This document shows, in pieces, positions 25,578 through 38,527 of a stretch of 64,000 nucleotides of DNA (position 1 is the stretch's first letter; each line of letters opens with the position of its first letter). The position numbers and the translations under genes are program-made. Origin of the DNA: Cetorhinus maximus. Lineage: Eukaryota. A model generated the notes under the pieces. The model did not search any database and was not told the origin of the DNA. It worked only from the letters and a program-made list of their open reading frames with translations. The stretch spans positions 76,694,001 to 76,758,000 of the forward strand of contig NC_135879.1 in assembly GCF_964194155.1 (NCBI RefSeq). The letters are read 5' to 3'.

Positions 25578-26019
25578 GTACTTCATTGTTTTTGTTTAAA
25601 AATACTTGTGAACAATAAACCAAATCACAGTTAAATAGCTTGAAATACTGTATATTGCAGCTTAAGATGCTAAAAAGTATTCAATTGAACTTATTGTCCA
25701 ATAATGAATTTTGGTTCAATAATGAAACTTAATTAGCCAACCTTAATTTTTTTTAACATAGAAGTGAATTGTGCTGTAGAGCAAGAAATACTGTACACAT
25801 TTATGAAATATATGCTTCACTAACTCATAACTGCCACTCATAACAGTGGCAATAAGTTGAAGCATGTGTCAGGAAATCAACTGCGTTTTTCCTTTTCCCC
25901 GTTTACAATATGTAAAAGCTTGATATCATTGCTGATAGCTACACAAATCTTAAATGTGGTGTTTATTTTGATAACGGTGGAAACATTAATGAGAAACTTG
26001 ACATTGTGTTTCATTGCAG

Positions 26020-26210
26020 GGGTATTAAGTCTACTCAGCAACATAATAGTGTTAATGATGTTTGTTAAGTTCAAAGAGTTCCGCACAGCAACCAATGCAA
26101 TTATCGTGAACCTGGCTTTCACTGATGTTGGGGTGAGTTCCATTGGTTACCCAATGTCGGCTGCATCAGACCTGCATGGCAGCTGGAAGTTTGGCCATTC
26201 GGGCTGTCAG
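26020..26210 (+). CDS. RRH: Peropsin exon 2 (TM1-TM2-ECL1)
   Basis: VLSLLSNIIVLMMFVKFKEFRTATNAIIVNLAFTDVGVSSIGYPMSAASDLHGSWKFGHSGCQ; canonical AG/GT. Confidence 0.96.
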
Positions 26211-26958
26211 GTCAGTTTGCTGACAGAAAATCTATTGTTAACACAAGGGAGAAAAAAACATTTTTATAGTGTTTGTAAAATGTATTCAATTCTCCTCATT
26301 ATTATAATTTCCTCACTGCAGAATTGTTTTGGCAACTCGTGTCTCCTTTTTTCCCTTGCAGCCCCTCTTTCTTCCAATTTGGTGCGATAATTATTTTACT
26401 GCTGTGAACCAGAAAATTAAATTTAACTATTATGCCCTGAGGTAACCCAATCCAAAGCACTGTATTTCAATTAATTTAAACCAAGGTACATCCAGTCCAA
26501 TCTACAACTGTGAACCATGTGTAATTCTCTTTCTTTCAAGAGTTTAAAAATGTTTTTTGCTTATCTGATGCTGGTGAGGGGGCGCAAGAAGGACAGAGAA
26601 TATTTTTATATTAACTAAAATGCATGAAAGAATACTTGCCATTCTCTTCAGAATAATTGCAAAAATGCTAGCATCCTTGTGAAAGCTACGGGCCAAATCT
26701 TCTTGCCTCCGGATGATCGGAGACAGAAGGTACAACCGAAAATGCACGTCAGGACTATGTGGAAGTCTGGACGCACGGACATCCATGGAAATTGCCTGGG
26801 AAGTTTGAACTTACAATGGGTGGTTTCCCTGCTCTCTGGGATCCTCCACAAATGTCTCTGACTCAGAACTAAAGTTGGAGGCTTGGGACAGTTCCACAAT
26901 GCTTACCTGAATAGTTACCAAAGAAATTTTAGACAGAATGAAACTTAGTCTAACACAT

Positions 26959-27637
26959 GGGACTGAATTTTGCCGTCAGCGAGCAGGGGGCGGGGCCCAC
27001 TCGCCGACTTGCAAAATGACGCGGGAACCCCCAACGTCATCCCGCCCCATTTAAATTTTCAGGAAGGCAGGGGCGCAGCAAAATCAGCTGCGGGCCTGCC
27101 GACCTGTCAATGGCCAATTGAGGCGATTGACAGGATCATTAAAACAATTAAAGACCTGCCCATCCAACCTTAAGGTTGGTGGGCAGGCCAGGAGCCCCGG
27201 CGGGGAATAGAAACACATGAAACCTCATCCCGCTGGCGGGATGAGGTTTCATGTAGGGTTTAAAAAAGTTTAATAAAGTTTTAGTGAAATTTATTAACAT
27301 GTCCCATCTTGTGTGACATTGTCACATGAGGGGGACATGTTAAGGATTTTTTTTCTATTTTTAATGTTTGTACAACTTTCAGCGATCTCCCTGAGGCAGC
27401 ACATAGCCTTAAGATTGGACGGTCAGGTCCTTTAATAGTTTAAATGGTCCTGTCAATGGCCTCAATTGGCCATTGACAGGTCGGCGGGTGCACAGCTGAT
27501 TTTGCTGCGCCCCCGCCTTCCTGAAAATTTAAATGGGGCGGGATGACGTCGGGGGTTCTGCCTGACATCATCCCGCATCATTTTACGCGTCGGCAAGTAG
27601 GCCCCACCCCCTGCTCGTCAACAGCAAAATTCTGCCC
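26959..27637. mobile_element. Harbinger-type MITE with long inverted arms
   Basis: GGGACTGAATTTTGC...GCAAAATTCTGCCC termini; about 220-bp inverted arms; internal hairpin ATGAAACCTCATCC/GGATGAGGTTTCAT. Confidence 0.85.
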
Positions 27638-28165
27638 TAGATGTGGTAGATTTGGAGGAGATATTCAAAATGCGTTGTGATGCAAACCTATAAATATGCA
27701 AACAGTGACACTAAATGTGAAGAAATACCATCACCTCCCAGTTCTGTTCCAAATCATGGATGTTCTAAACTTCGACATAACTAACCATTCCTTCATCATT
27801 ACCAAGTCAGTATCCTGAAATTTCCTATCTAACACCTTGATCCAAGCATAGTCATTACAAGGACAGCAGAAGTTCAAAGAGAAGTTCCACCACAATATTC
27901 CCAGGCATCTAGGGGTGGATAATAAATGTGACCTTCCCAATGTTTGCAACATCTGAAGAACAAGTGCAAAACTTTTCAGCTTCTGTGGGACGTAAAATGA
28001 ATGGTTTTGGATCAATTGTCCATTATGCACCCATTCAATATTTTTTACCATTGATTTGTAAATTAGACAGAGTGTATAACAGGTGGCCAGCTTGATATTG
28101 CACACTTTATACTCCAGCCAATGTTGAACGTTCCAGTGAAAATTTAACAGAATAGCTGCTTATAG

Positions 28166-29367
28166 TGTCATGATGATGGGAAATTGTGACTGAGTGAGAT
28201 CTACCTATAACTTCACCAGCTAACCAAAAACATATTGAACTATTTCAGAGGACCTGTTTTAAAAAAAACAAGAAAAGACACTGATCAAAGATGGCTACCA
28301 CCAGTCACCTGATGTCTGGTATTGTAATTTGACCACTTTTCTGGAAAGTTCCTATATGTATTGCACTGCAGACCTGCCCTGACATGTTGCATGGAATTTC
28401 ACACTTTGGGGGTGATAAGGTCCACTTTTTTTTCATTCATGGGATGTGGGTGTCACTGGCTAGGCCAGCATTTATTGCCCATCCCTAATTGCCCTTGAGA
28501 AGGTGGTGGTAAGCTGCCTTCTTGAACCTCTGTAGTCCATGTTCTGTAGGTGCACCCACTTCAAAAGGGACTGTTGAAAGGAAGGTATTAAAAATGCAAA
28601 GTGCTAGTCTTTAATCAATGGCAATTCTGTCAAGACAATGGGAACTGCTAACCAGCCAGGTACACCCAACAGACACTTAAAGCCCCCTCTGGAGGATGAA
28701 ATAACCCCATCTCCTGTTGGTTTCTACTACCTTGAAATGTGTCAAAATCTTCTGTGATGAAAGATCAAAAATGTGATTACTCGTTCTCCAAAAATGCTTG
28801 CAGGACATGTTAATCGAATTCCTTTCATGAAATACAAAGACAGGAGGTTTGAGAACTGGTTTCGTCAAGTCAGTCAGAGAGAGAAATCATCAAAGTCATC
28901 TGGAAAAAACTGCTGAAAGCAGTAAGGAAACTCTCTTGTTCTCTCAGAAGCTAACATTGTCTCCAGCAAAGTGCAGTTACCTAAACTTCAATTGAGCTCC
29001 AGAATTTTAAAGGAAACCAGTTAACTTCAAACAGCTGCAATGTTCAACAATCTACACCTCGAGGACAAGCAAAAGACTTAATCTTATATTCTTTTAACTT
29101 TTATTTGGGCTGTAACTTTTCTTACTTCTGAGATTTGTGTGTGTGTCATTGCATCTTTTATTATTTTTTCTCTGGTTTAGTAACGAATAAACTTATTCTT
29201 CCTTTGGCTCAAGAAAACCTGGTTTGGTTGGCTCCCTATTAAAAAGTAAATATTTTTGGATTGGAAAAGACATTTATGGGGAAAAGGCATTTTAAAAAGC
29301 CTTTAGTGTGACCAACCGAGAAGGCTAAATAAAGGGGAGCCAGTTCACTCCTCACCGGGTTGTAACA
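28166..29367 (+). mobile_element. Solo LTR with nested LINE/SINE tail (about 28426-28560)
   Basis: TGTCA...GTAACA termini; flanks ATAG/GTAG (near-TSD); AATAAA near 29186. Confidence 0.7.
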
Positions 29368-29494
29368 GTAGTCAGCATTTCCTTTTGTAATTTTGGTTGC
29401 TGCAATTTATCTTAGCTTCGAGGTACTAAAATGATAGAAAATATATATCATCATATTTTGTAACTTTGCTAACAACATAATTTTATTTCAACTA

Positions 29495-29725
29495 TGTCAG
29501 GTCAGGCAGCTATCTGTCCTGTCACAGGCCTTCCCTTTTGTTCATTTCCTCCTCTCCCCCCTTTCCTGCTTCTGCACTCGCTTCAACCTTTTACATCTCT
29601 AACTTTTCCTACCAGCCTGAAACACTAACTCTGTTTATCTCTTCACAGTTGCTGCCTGACCTGCTGAGTATTCCAGCATTTTCTGTTTTTATTTCAGATT
29701 TCCAGCATCAGCCATATTTTACTTT
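29495..29725 (+). mobile_element. Older Penelope 3'-end fragment, hammerhead core deleted
   Basis: CCTGAAACACTAACTCTGTTT...CTGACCTGCTGAGTATTCCAGCATTTTCTGTTTTTATTTCAGATTTCCAGCATC resembles the PLE tail. Confidence 0.7.
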
Positions 29726-30084
29726 TGTCTTTCATTTCCATTGATGTTGTTGCACCCAAATACTGTAATAGTTTTCAATTTACAGCATGTGGGAATGATA
29801 AAATGAACAAACTTGAATTCTAGAAAGACGTACATTGGTATCATATCTTTGATCACAAAGCATTTCATATACAATAAAGTCCTTGAAGAACTTTGGAAGG
29901 TCTCCATGCTTTTTTAATAGTGGCATAGGGTCTTTAATTTCCATCTAAAGTAGCAGAACAGCCAGATGGAAGTCATTTTAGCACATAATCTAAAGTACAT
30001 CAACCCCCACAATCACCAACAATTATTTTTATGACACTGCATGCATTTTTCTGTCTATTATAACTGATGTCTGATTTCTTTCAG

Positions 30085-30184
30085 GCTTATGCAGCTCTAA
30101 ATATCTTTTTTGGGATGGCGAGCATTGGGTTACTTACTGTAGTGGCTATTGACCGGTACCTGACGATTAGTAAGCCTGAAATAG
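30085..30184 (+). CDS. RRH: Peropsin exon 3 (TM3, DRY)
   Basis: AYAALNIFFGMASIGLLTVVAIDRYLTISKPEIG; TTTCAG acceptor, G|GTAAAG donor. Confidence 0.96.
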
Positions 30185-30849
30185 GTAAAGCTATAATCAT
30201 AGTCATATGAAACAGTCGAGATATTGATATTGCCGTGAATTCCTTAACATTTTCATTCTTTTTCTGGGTCAAAATCCTGCAACTCCCTTCCTAACAGCAC
30301 TGTGGAATTGCCTACATTATATGGACTGCAGTGGTTCAAGAAGGTGGGCTCACTGCCATCATCTCAAGGGCAATTAAGGATGGGTAATAAATACTAGCCT
30401 TGCCATTGATGCTTACATCCCATGAATGAATTTTAAAAATCCTTCATAAAAACTGCTTTTGAAACATAGCCCATATAAGAATGGTCCAGTAATAACTGCT
30501 GAGTACAGAGGTATAATACAGATCACAGATGGAATCTTAAAGTTTTGTTTGCTTCTATCCTTACTTGTACCAATTTGCTAGTTTCTCTCTCTGTTTAGGC
30601 ACCTGAGGGTGAAGCATCATTCCCTGTGCTAGAGTGTGGGTGAGAGACTTCTCACAGGTCTCTGTTAGTGCAGCCTCTGAGATTTGTAAGAATGGTGCAA
30701 ATTGAATGGCCACATTATTTTTCTTTCCCTTCCTGTGAAGATGTGTCTGTTTTCCTTTTGATCTTTTCCCCAAAAAACACAGCTGAGAGGACAAGTTCAC
30801 CATATTGGGAAATCCTAAACACAGGTTCAGAGGCTGTCATGCCTATTTT

Positions 30850-32290
30850 GGCAGGGAGAATGAAAGAGAGACATATTATCTAAATGGTGAGACATTGCAG
30901 AGTTCTGAGGTGCAGAGGGATCTGGGTGTCCTAGTGCATGGGAAAAATTTTCCTGTTGGCGAGCAGGGGTGGGGCCTGCTCGCCGACTCGTAAAATGATG
31001 TGCAGTGACGTCACTGCGCGTCATTTAGATTGTCAGTTTGATGGGCCCGCGGCCAATGCGGCTGCGCGCCTGCCGAACTTTCAAAAGCCTATTAAGGCCA
31101 TTAACAAAGTAATTAAAGCTGTTAAGAATGCTGTCCGTCCAACCTTAAGGTTGGCGGACAGGCGAAGAGCCCAGGCGGCTTTCACATTTTTCATGAAACC
31201 TCATCCACGGGCGGGATGAGGTTTCATGAAGGGCTCATTAATTAAATACATTTTTTTGAAAAAATTAATGGACTTGTCCCAACTCATGTGACAATTTCAC
31301 ATGAGGGGACATGTCCTTAAAATTGTTTTTACCTTTATTCCATTTTTCAAAACTTAAATAATCTCCCTAAGGCACCTTCATGCCTCAGGGAGATTTCTGC
31401 GCTCTTTCGCGTGCAAGCACAAAAGAGCGCAGGCCCCGACTCAGGAATCCCCCCTCAGCTTAGCGCTTCCGGGTGTGCATCACGCTGAGTGGGCCTTAAT
31501 TAGCCCGCCCACGTAAAATGGTGGTGCGCATCCGATCGGGGGCGCCGATCGGGTTTGCGCTAGCTCCAATCTGCCCCCGCACAACCCCCCCAACGGGGGG
31601 AAATTTCTACCCCATGAATCACAAAAGGCTAGTATGCAGGTAACAGCAAGTAATTAGGAAAACTAATAGAATGTTATCATTTATTGCAAGGGGAATTGAA
31701 TACAAAAGTGGGAAGGTTATGTTTCAGTTGTACAGGGCACTAGTGAGACCACATCTGGAGCACTGTGTACCATATTGGTCACCTTATTTAAGGACGGAGG
31801 TTTACCAGACTAATACCTGGAATGGGTGGGTTGACTTATGAGGAAAAGTTGGACAGACTAGACTTGTATCCACTGGAGTTTAGAAGAGTAACAGGCGACT
31901 TGATTTAAACATATAAGATCCTGAGGGGTCTTGACAGGGTGGATGTGGAGAGGATGTTTCCTCTTGTGAGAGAATCTTGAACTAGGGGTCACTGTTTAAA
32001 AATGAAGGATCACCCATTTAAAACAGAGATGAAGTGAAATGTTTTCACTCAGAGAGTCATGAGTCTTTGGCACTCTCTTCCTGAAAAGGAGGTGGAAGCA
32101 GAGTGTTTGAATATTTTTAAGGCAGAGATGGATAGATTCTTGGTAAGCAAGGGGGTGATAGGTTATCGGGGGTAGGTGGGATGCCGATTTCAAGGTTCCT
32201 ATCAGATTAGCCATGATCTTATTAAATGGTGGAGCAGGCTTGAGGGGCTGAATGGCCTACTCCTGCTCCTTGTTCATATGTATGTTCATA
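30850..32290 (+). mobile_element. CR1 3' part interrupted by a MITE
   Basis: YYLNGETLQSSEVQRDLGVLVH continues after 31613 with ESQKASMQV; ends in a TATGTTCA-type tail. Confidence 0.85.
30940..31612. mobile_element. Harbinger-type MITE
   Basis: GGGAAAAATTTTCC...AAATTTCTACCC termini; 3-bp TSD CAT (30937-30939, 31613-31615) verifiable in the CR1 host. Confidence 0.88.
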
Positions 32291-32389
32291 TGTACGTAAA
32301 TGTATGTATGTCAATATGCCAGCACAATGCAGTTGAGCAAAATTGGACTGATGCAGGACATCTTCAGGCTTCACTATTCCAATGCAATC

Positions 32390-32900
32390 CTGTCAGGCCT
32401 ATCACACCTCTATCCTCTGAGGTCATCCAAAACTCTGCTGTCCCTGTCCTAACTTGCATCAATTCGTGTTCACCCATCACCCCTTTGTTTGCTGACCTAC
32501 ATTGACTCCCATAAGCAAGGCTTTGAATTTAAAATTCTCATCCTTGCTTTCAAATCCCTCCTTGGCTGCACCCCTTCCCATCTCTGTACTCTTCTTCAGC
32601 CCTACAACCCTCTGAGATAGCTGTAACACCTCTCATTTTGCTTCTTGGGCTACCTTGGTTTTAGTCACTCTACCATTAGCTGCCAAGGCCCTAAGCTCTG
32701 AAATTCACTATCTAAACCTCTCTACCTTTCTTTCCTCCTTTAAGACCTCCCTTAAAACCTACCTCTTTCACAAAGTTTTTCCTCATCTGTCCTAACATTG
32801 CTTTATGTGGCTTGGTGTCCAATTCTGCTTCATAACATTCCTTGAAACACTTTGGACATTTTATTATATGAAAGGCAAGGCATAACTACAAGTTGTTTTC
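32390..32900 (+). mobile_element. L2/CR1-type LINE 3' fragment
   Basis: VIQNSAVPVLT..SPITPLFADLH(W)LP..FKILIL.FKSL motif typical of L2 C-termini. Confidence 0.65.
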
Positions 32901-33545
32901 CTCTTTTAAGTTGTGTGTATTTCAACTCTGTATTTTTCCAAATAGTAAGAATGTAACTCTGATAAAACAGTAAATCATGAAGAAGTAACTTCTCCAATGC
33001 TTTTCCTTAGTGTGGTTTATTAATTGTGTATATTGTGTTCCCATATTCTGTGACGGATATTCAGTCATCCAATGTCGCAGCAACAGTTTCCAGTATCCAC
33101 GACATAATATAACTACATTTTTGTTTCACTTCATCACACCTCGCCCTCTTAGCAACCACTTCCACTATCTTCTGAAGTAAAGTCTTGATAAATAATTGTG
33201 TAATATAGTAGCAGACGTCACTGATCTCCTGCTTCTCCGGAGTGCAAAGGTAACCATACCGCTATGGATGAAGATCTCCCTTGTGTACTAGGTGTAGTAA
33301 AATCAAAAAAATTACAAATTTTGCTATTTTAGCTACACCCAACACAGAGAAAAAGTTCAACATATTTGTGTTACACAAAATAACGAATAAATTCAAGTGA
33401 CTTACATGTTGTAATACAATCTTGTGGTTCAGATAGCATTCAATTTATGTCATCTTGTAACATATATTGTTTTGTATATAGTTGACCTGTCTATAGTTGG
33501 GTAGTCACCTGAAGTGGTCCATTAATCACTAAATGTTTTCAACAG

Positions 33546-33699
33546 GAAGGAAGATGACCAGCGTCACCTACACAACTCTGATCACAGTTGCCTGGGTGAA
33601 TGGTTTGTTCTGGGCTCTGATGCCAGTAATGGGGTGGGCGAGTTATGCCCCAGATCCAACAGGAGCTACATGCACCATCAATTGGAGGAACAATGATTC
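33546..33699 (+). CDS. RRH: Peropsin exon 4 (TM4-ECL2)
   Basis: RKMTSVTYTTLITVAWVNGLFWALMPVMGWASYAPDPTGATCTINWRNNDS; AACAG acceptor, TC|GTAAGT donor. Confidence 0.96.
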
Positions 33700-33754
33700 G
33701 TAAGTTTTCTTTCGTTATGTTCTCTTCATGTTTGTTTTAATTAAAACATTGATC

Positions 33755-34178
33755 TCTATGGGTCTATACTCGATGGAGTTTAGAAGGATGAGGGGGGATC
33801 TGATTGAAACTTACAGAATACTGAAAGGCCTGGATAGAGTGGACGTGGGGAAGATGTTTCCATTAGTAGGAAAGACTAGGACCCGAGGGCACAGCCTCAG
33901 AGTAAAGGGAAGACCTTTTAGAACAGAGATGAGGAGAAACTTCTTTAGCCAGAGAGTGATGAATCTATGGAATTCATTGCCGCAGAAGGCTGTGGAGGCC
34001 AGATCATTGAGTGTATTTAAGACCGAGATAGATAGGTTCTTGATTGGTATGGGGATCAAAGGTTATGGGGAGAAAGCGGGAGAATGGGGTTGAGAAACTT
34101 ATCAGCCATGATTGAATGGTGGAGCAGACTCGATGGGCCGAATGGCCTAATTTCTGCTCCTATGTCTTATGGTCTTAT
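33755..34178 (+). mobile_element. Young CR1 3' fragment in RRH intron 4
   Basis: Open C-terminus EFRRMRGDLIETYRILKGLDRVD...FFSQRVMNLWNSLP; TATGTCTTATGGTCTT tail. Confidence 0.9.
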
Positions 34179-35214
34179 CTCATAAATCAGTATTAAGCTT
34201 CATGTTAATGGTTTCATTTTTTTCCCCCAAAATAAATTCTCTATTTGAGACATTGAAAATCAAATAAACATATATACAGTATTTAATGGAAGTTATTACT
34301 GTGGGAGTTGTTTTTAATTAAAAATTCTTTCTATGTTTAGGAGTAAAATAATTTCTTTCCCCTCCACCCATTTTCTTCCCTTCTCACCTAAAGGTTTTGA
34401 TACATGCTGATGTTTGGCTCTGCTGATTACACAAGCTGTGTTTACTTGTAAATAATGGGTAGGTACTGTAAATTCACACTTTTAAATCAATTTCAATATG
34501 AGTCTCTCAGCAGGCACTTTTTAGTGCAACTTATGGAGGAACAACTTGGACAGCAACTTCCAGATTTTTGCATTTGACTTCACATGTGTGTACTTCCAAA
34601 GTTACTGTCTGATTTACTCCATAATAAGAATGAGCATTGTTAGCCTCACTGCTAGTCTCAACACAAAATCTGGGCCATTTAATAGCCCATTTAAATTAAT
34701 TCTGGAGTAAAATTTATAATCAATTGCCCTTAATGCTGCTCTTGAGTATGTAGACGTATTGTTTACTCTGCAAAGTCATATTGCATATTTTGGAACAGTG
34801 TGACCTCCACTGCCTCTGCCTGTTGCTCTCTTTCATGTACAACATCTCATGCTCTTTTAACTACACACATGTAAAGCCAATATGCAAACATGTAGCATGT
34901 TTTTCTGTTTTCCTGTTCTTTATCTTCTTCCACAGCTCTTCAGTCAAATCGTGCGCACAGGCATGAGAGGTAGGGAGAATATATTTATATGAAAGGGCAG
35001 GAAACTACTTTTTTTAAGGTTGATTCCCAGTTTCTGCTTTCTCCTCACACTTTTGACTTAGTTGAGTTCAGATCTTGGGGTCGATGTGGATCCATGCCAA
35101 TGGAGTTTGCACTATTTCATTTGTAAAATGAAGGCTAAATGTAGACTCAGAGGAGTTACAACTTCAGCCAAACATTGAGAATTGGCCTGATTCATTACAT
35201 GGCTTTGTTCCCAG

Positions 35215-35383
35215 GTTGTTTGTTTCCTATACCATGACGGTAATTGTGGTTAATTTTGTGGTACCACTGTCGATCATGTTCTTCTGCTATTACAACGTGT
35301 CAAAAACAATGAAAAGATGTACACACCATGATAGTCTGCAAAATATAACCTTAGATTGGTCAGATCAACTTGATGTAACAAAG
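35215..35383 (+). CDS. RRH: Peropsin exon 5 (TM5-ICL3)
   Basis: LFVSYTMTVIVVNFVVPLSIMFFCYYNVSKTMK...DWSDQLDVTK; AAG|GTAAG donor. Confidence 0.96.
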
Positions 35384-35418
35384 GTAAGAAAATTGCTCTT
35401 TTCAAATTCAATTACAAT

Positions 35419-36875
35419 GGGCAGAATTTTATGGACCCCACTGGTGGGTTTGCAGGTGGTGTAGGGTCGCGGGGGGGGGGTGTCAAATTCCACGGTGGCC
35501 TTCCTGCCATCCTCCAGCTCGCCCTCGATCTGTCCACAATTTTATGTGGGTCGGAAGAGGCCTAGGGCAAAACGCTCGTCCTCGCCCCAGTTGAGGCCCT
35601 TAGGTGTCTAGTTGTTGGCCACTTAAAGGCCGTTTCCTCCCCAGCCTCCTGGGAGTACTTCAGGAGCAGGGGAATGCCTGGCATCTCACCTGACTCGGGC
35701 CTGGGACAGGAATGGGAGGGGCGACTCTCTCAAGGGCCCCCTTTCCATATCAGGGTCCCTACTTCCGAGGTCCTCCCCCCTTGGGTGTTCCCTCAACCCT
35801 TGGCCTCTCCATCAAACATCTCCATCCATCTTTCCCCAACCCCCTCTTTGGCCTCACCTCTCCTCCCTGCCATGGTCGTCGACTCTGGGACTTAGAATCT
35901 GGGGACTGCTTGTTATCCCAATGAATGTACTATCACCAAGTTTGTGGATGACACAAAAATAGGTGGAAAGGCAAACGGTGAGGATAACACAAAGAGTCTA
36001 CAGAGGGATATAGACAGGTTAAGTGAGTGGGCAAAAACTTGGCAGATGGAATATAATGTGGGAAAATGTGAGATTATGCACTCTGGCAGGAAGAATAGAG
36101 GAGCTGAATATTATTTAAATGGAGAAAGACTGCAGGAAGCTGCAGCACAGAGGGATTTGGGAGTACTTGTGCATGAATCACAAAAAGTTAGCATACAAGT
36201 TCAGCAGGTAATAGGGAAGGCAAATGGAATGTTGGCCTTTATTTCAAAGGGAATGGAGTATAAAAATAGGGAAGTCTCGCTAAAACTATACAAGGCACTA
36301 GTTAGACCAGACCTAGAATACTGTGAACAGTTTTGGCCCTCTTTTTTAAGGTAAGATTTACTAACATTGGAGGCAGTCCAGAGAAGGTTCACTAGGTTGA
36401 TCCCAGGTATAGAGGGATTTTCTTACGAGGAGAGGATGAGTAGGTTGGGCCTGTACTTATTGGAGTTTAGAAAAATGAGAGGTGACCTTATTGAAACATA
36501 TAAGATTCCTAGGGGGCTTGACAGGGTAGATGCTGAGAGGTTGTTTCCCCTTGTGGGAGAGTCTAGGACCAGTGGGCATAATCTCAGAGTAAGGGGTCAC
36601 CCATTTAAAACAGAGTTGAGGAGGAAGTTCTTCTCACAGAGGGTGGTGAATCCATGGAATTCTTTACCAGAGGGCTTTAGAGGCTGGGTCGTTAAATATA
36701 TTCAAGGCTGAGATAGACAGATTTTTAATTTGTAAGGGAATTAAGGGTTATGGGGAAAAGGCAGGAAAGTGGAGTTGAGAATTATCAGATCAGCCATGAT
36801 CTCATTGAATGGCGGAGCAGACTCAATGGGCTGAATAGCCTACTTCTGCTCCTATGTCTTTTGGTCTTATGGTCA
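35419..36875 (+). mobile_element. MITE fragment (35419-35900) with CR1 RT/3' fragment (35920-36875) in RRH intron 5
   Basis: GGGCAGAATTTT terminus; KFVDDTKIGG RT motif and CR1 tail. Confidence 0.85.
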
Positions 36876-38038
36876 GTCCTGACCACTGCTGTCACTAGTG
36901 TTTCTAGAACCACCGAGCTGCTAGCCAATCAGATAGGTCGGCAGCTCTCTAAGTCGGGACTTTCAACCGAGGGAGGGGTGGAAGACATGTCTCCAGCCAA
37001 TTAACACTCCACGGAGCATTAAATGGCTGTGGGACTGCTGTGATCATTGGGGATGTGTTCCCTGCCATCTCTTCAGGTTACAGGGCAGCAAAACTCACCA
37101 TCCAAAAATTCCTGTCCAATATCTTTGGGGAGAAGAATGCATACATTGGTGAAACCTAATGGAAACTTAGGTCTTCACTTTTGTTCTGCCACCTTTAAAA
37201 CAGCTGTCATCACCCCTTTCTTAAAAATCCTACACTCAACTTTCTGTCTGTCTCTGCTATCATCTTGTTTGAATATTTTCAGTCTGGTTTTCATCCACCC
37301 AAAGTACAAAGACCTGATCATGCACCTTGTCACTGCAAACATGGCATGTTGTCTCTTCTTGTCCTTTCTGAAGTTGGTGCAGGTACAGTATCTCAAAACC
37401 GGCAACCTCGGCAGTGTGAGCCTGCCAGATTTCAGATCATGCCGGATTTCAGGTCTGGCAGTTCGGGCAGCTTGGGCCATGAACAGGTCAGGTCAAGCTA
37501 GGTTGGGTGGAGTCAAAGGTCACTCAGACTGTGGGAATAGACCGGCGCGCAAGTGGTGAAAGGAATAACTAGTCAGGTACCACACCATGCCACTGTAGCG
37601 CCTAGCCGAATTGTCCAGGTAAGTTTTTTTTATTTTTACTCAATTAAAATTGATACATGGCACATTCTAAAAATGCCCAGTTTGTGAATAATTCCAGTTT
37701 TTGGACAGACAGGTTTGAGACACTGTGCTCAACCACTCCATTCTTCTTCACTGTATTTTCTCTGTAGCCCACTTCTCTGGCAGTACTCTGTCAAAGTTTA
37801 AATCTTGCTGTTTCAGCACAATCAATACATCACCAAAAGCTTCTCTTCCCATTCTATGCAGTCAAAACCTGGCGTGTGCCCCAATCTTGCATTATTGCCC
37901 ACTTTCTACTCTTTATCCAAAGGGCTTATAGCCCTGGGTTTACCCAGCCCCTAAACTTTGTTTGATGATGCAAATGGACAAAAAAAAAATAATGAATATA
38001 AATGAAAGAAATATAACTTATTTTTCCTTTTCTCACAG

Positions 38039-38217
38039 ATGTCTGTTGTGATGATTGTGATGTTCCTTGTGGCTTGGTCTCCGTATTCCATTGTGTGCTT
38101 ATGGTCTTCTTTTGGAAATCCAAAACTCATTCCAGCTGCAATGGCAATTGTAGCTCCACTTTTTGCAAAGTCGTCCACTTTCTATAATCCTTGCATTTAT
38201 GTCATTGCAAATAAGAA
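38039..38217 (+). CDS. RRH: Peropsin exon 6 (TM6-TM7, retinal-binding Lys)
   Basis: MSVVMIVMFLVAWSPYSIVCLW...APLFAKSSTFYNPCIYVIANKK; Schiff-base Lys in AKSS and NPxxY motif. Confidence 0.97.
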
Positions 38218-38300
38218 GTAAGTGTTTATTTCCTTGGAGAGAGAAGAGTTTTTGCAAATTGCTTATCCAGAATATATCCATGTATATTTCTTCTTTTCAG

Positions 38301-38406
38301 GTTTCGGAGAGCCATCATTGCAATGATACGCTGCCAGACTCAACAGGATTTAACTATCAGTCACACTCTGCCTATGGCCATCTCGAAGGCACCTTTAACA
38401 GAATAA
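38301..38406 (+). CDS. RRH: Peropsin exon 7 (helix 8, C-terminus)
   Basis: After an 83-nt intron: FRRAIIAMIRCQTQQDLTISHTLPMAISKAPLTE-stop; total CDS 1032 nt (343 aa), frame consistent across all exons. Confidence 0.94.
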
Positions 38407-38527
38407 ACAGCAAACTATTAGACTGTCTAAGTGGCTGGGATTGAGTTTGGAATGATTACACGGCTGGTGCGGGAGGCAGTGTGGAACAGAAAGTTTGGGG
38501 TGAGGAGTGGGAGGTACTGAATTCACA

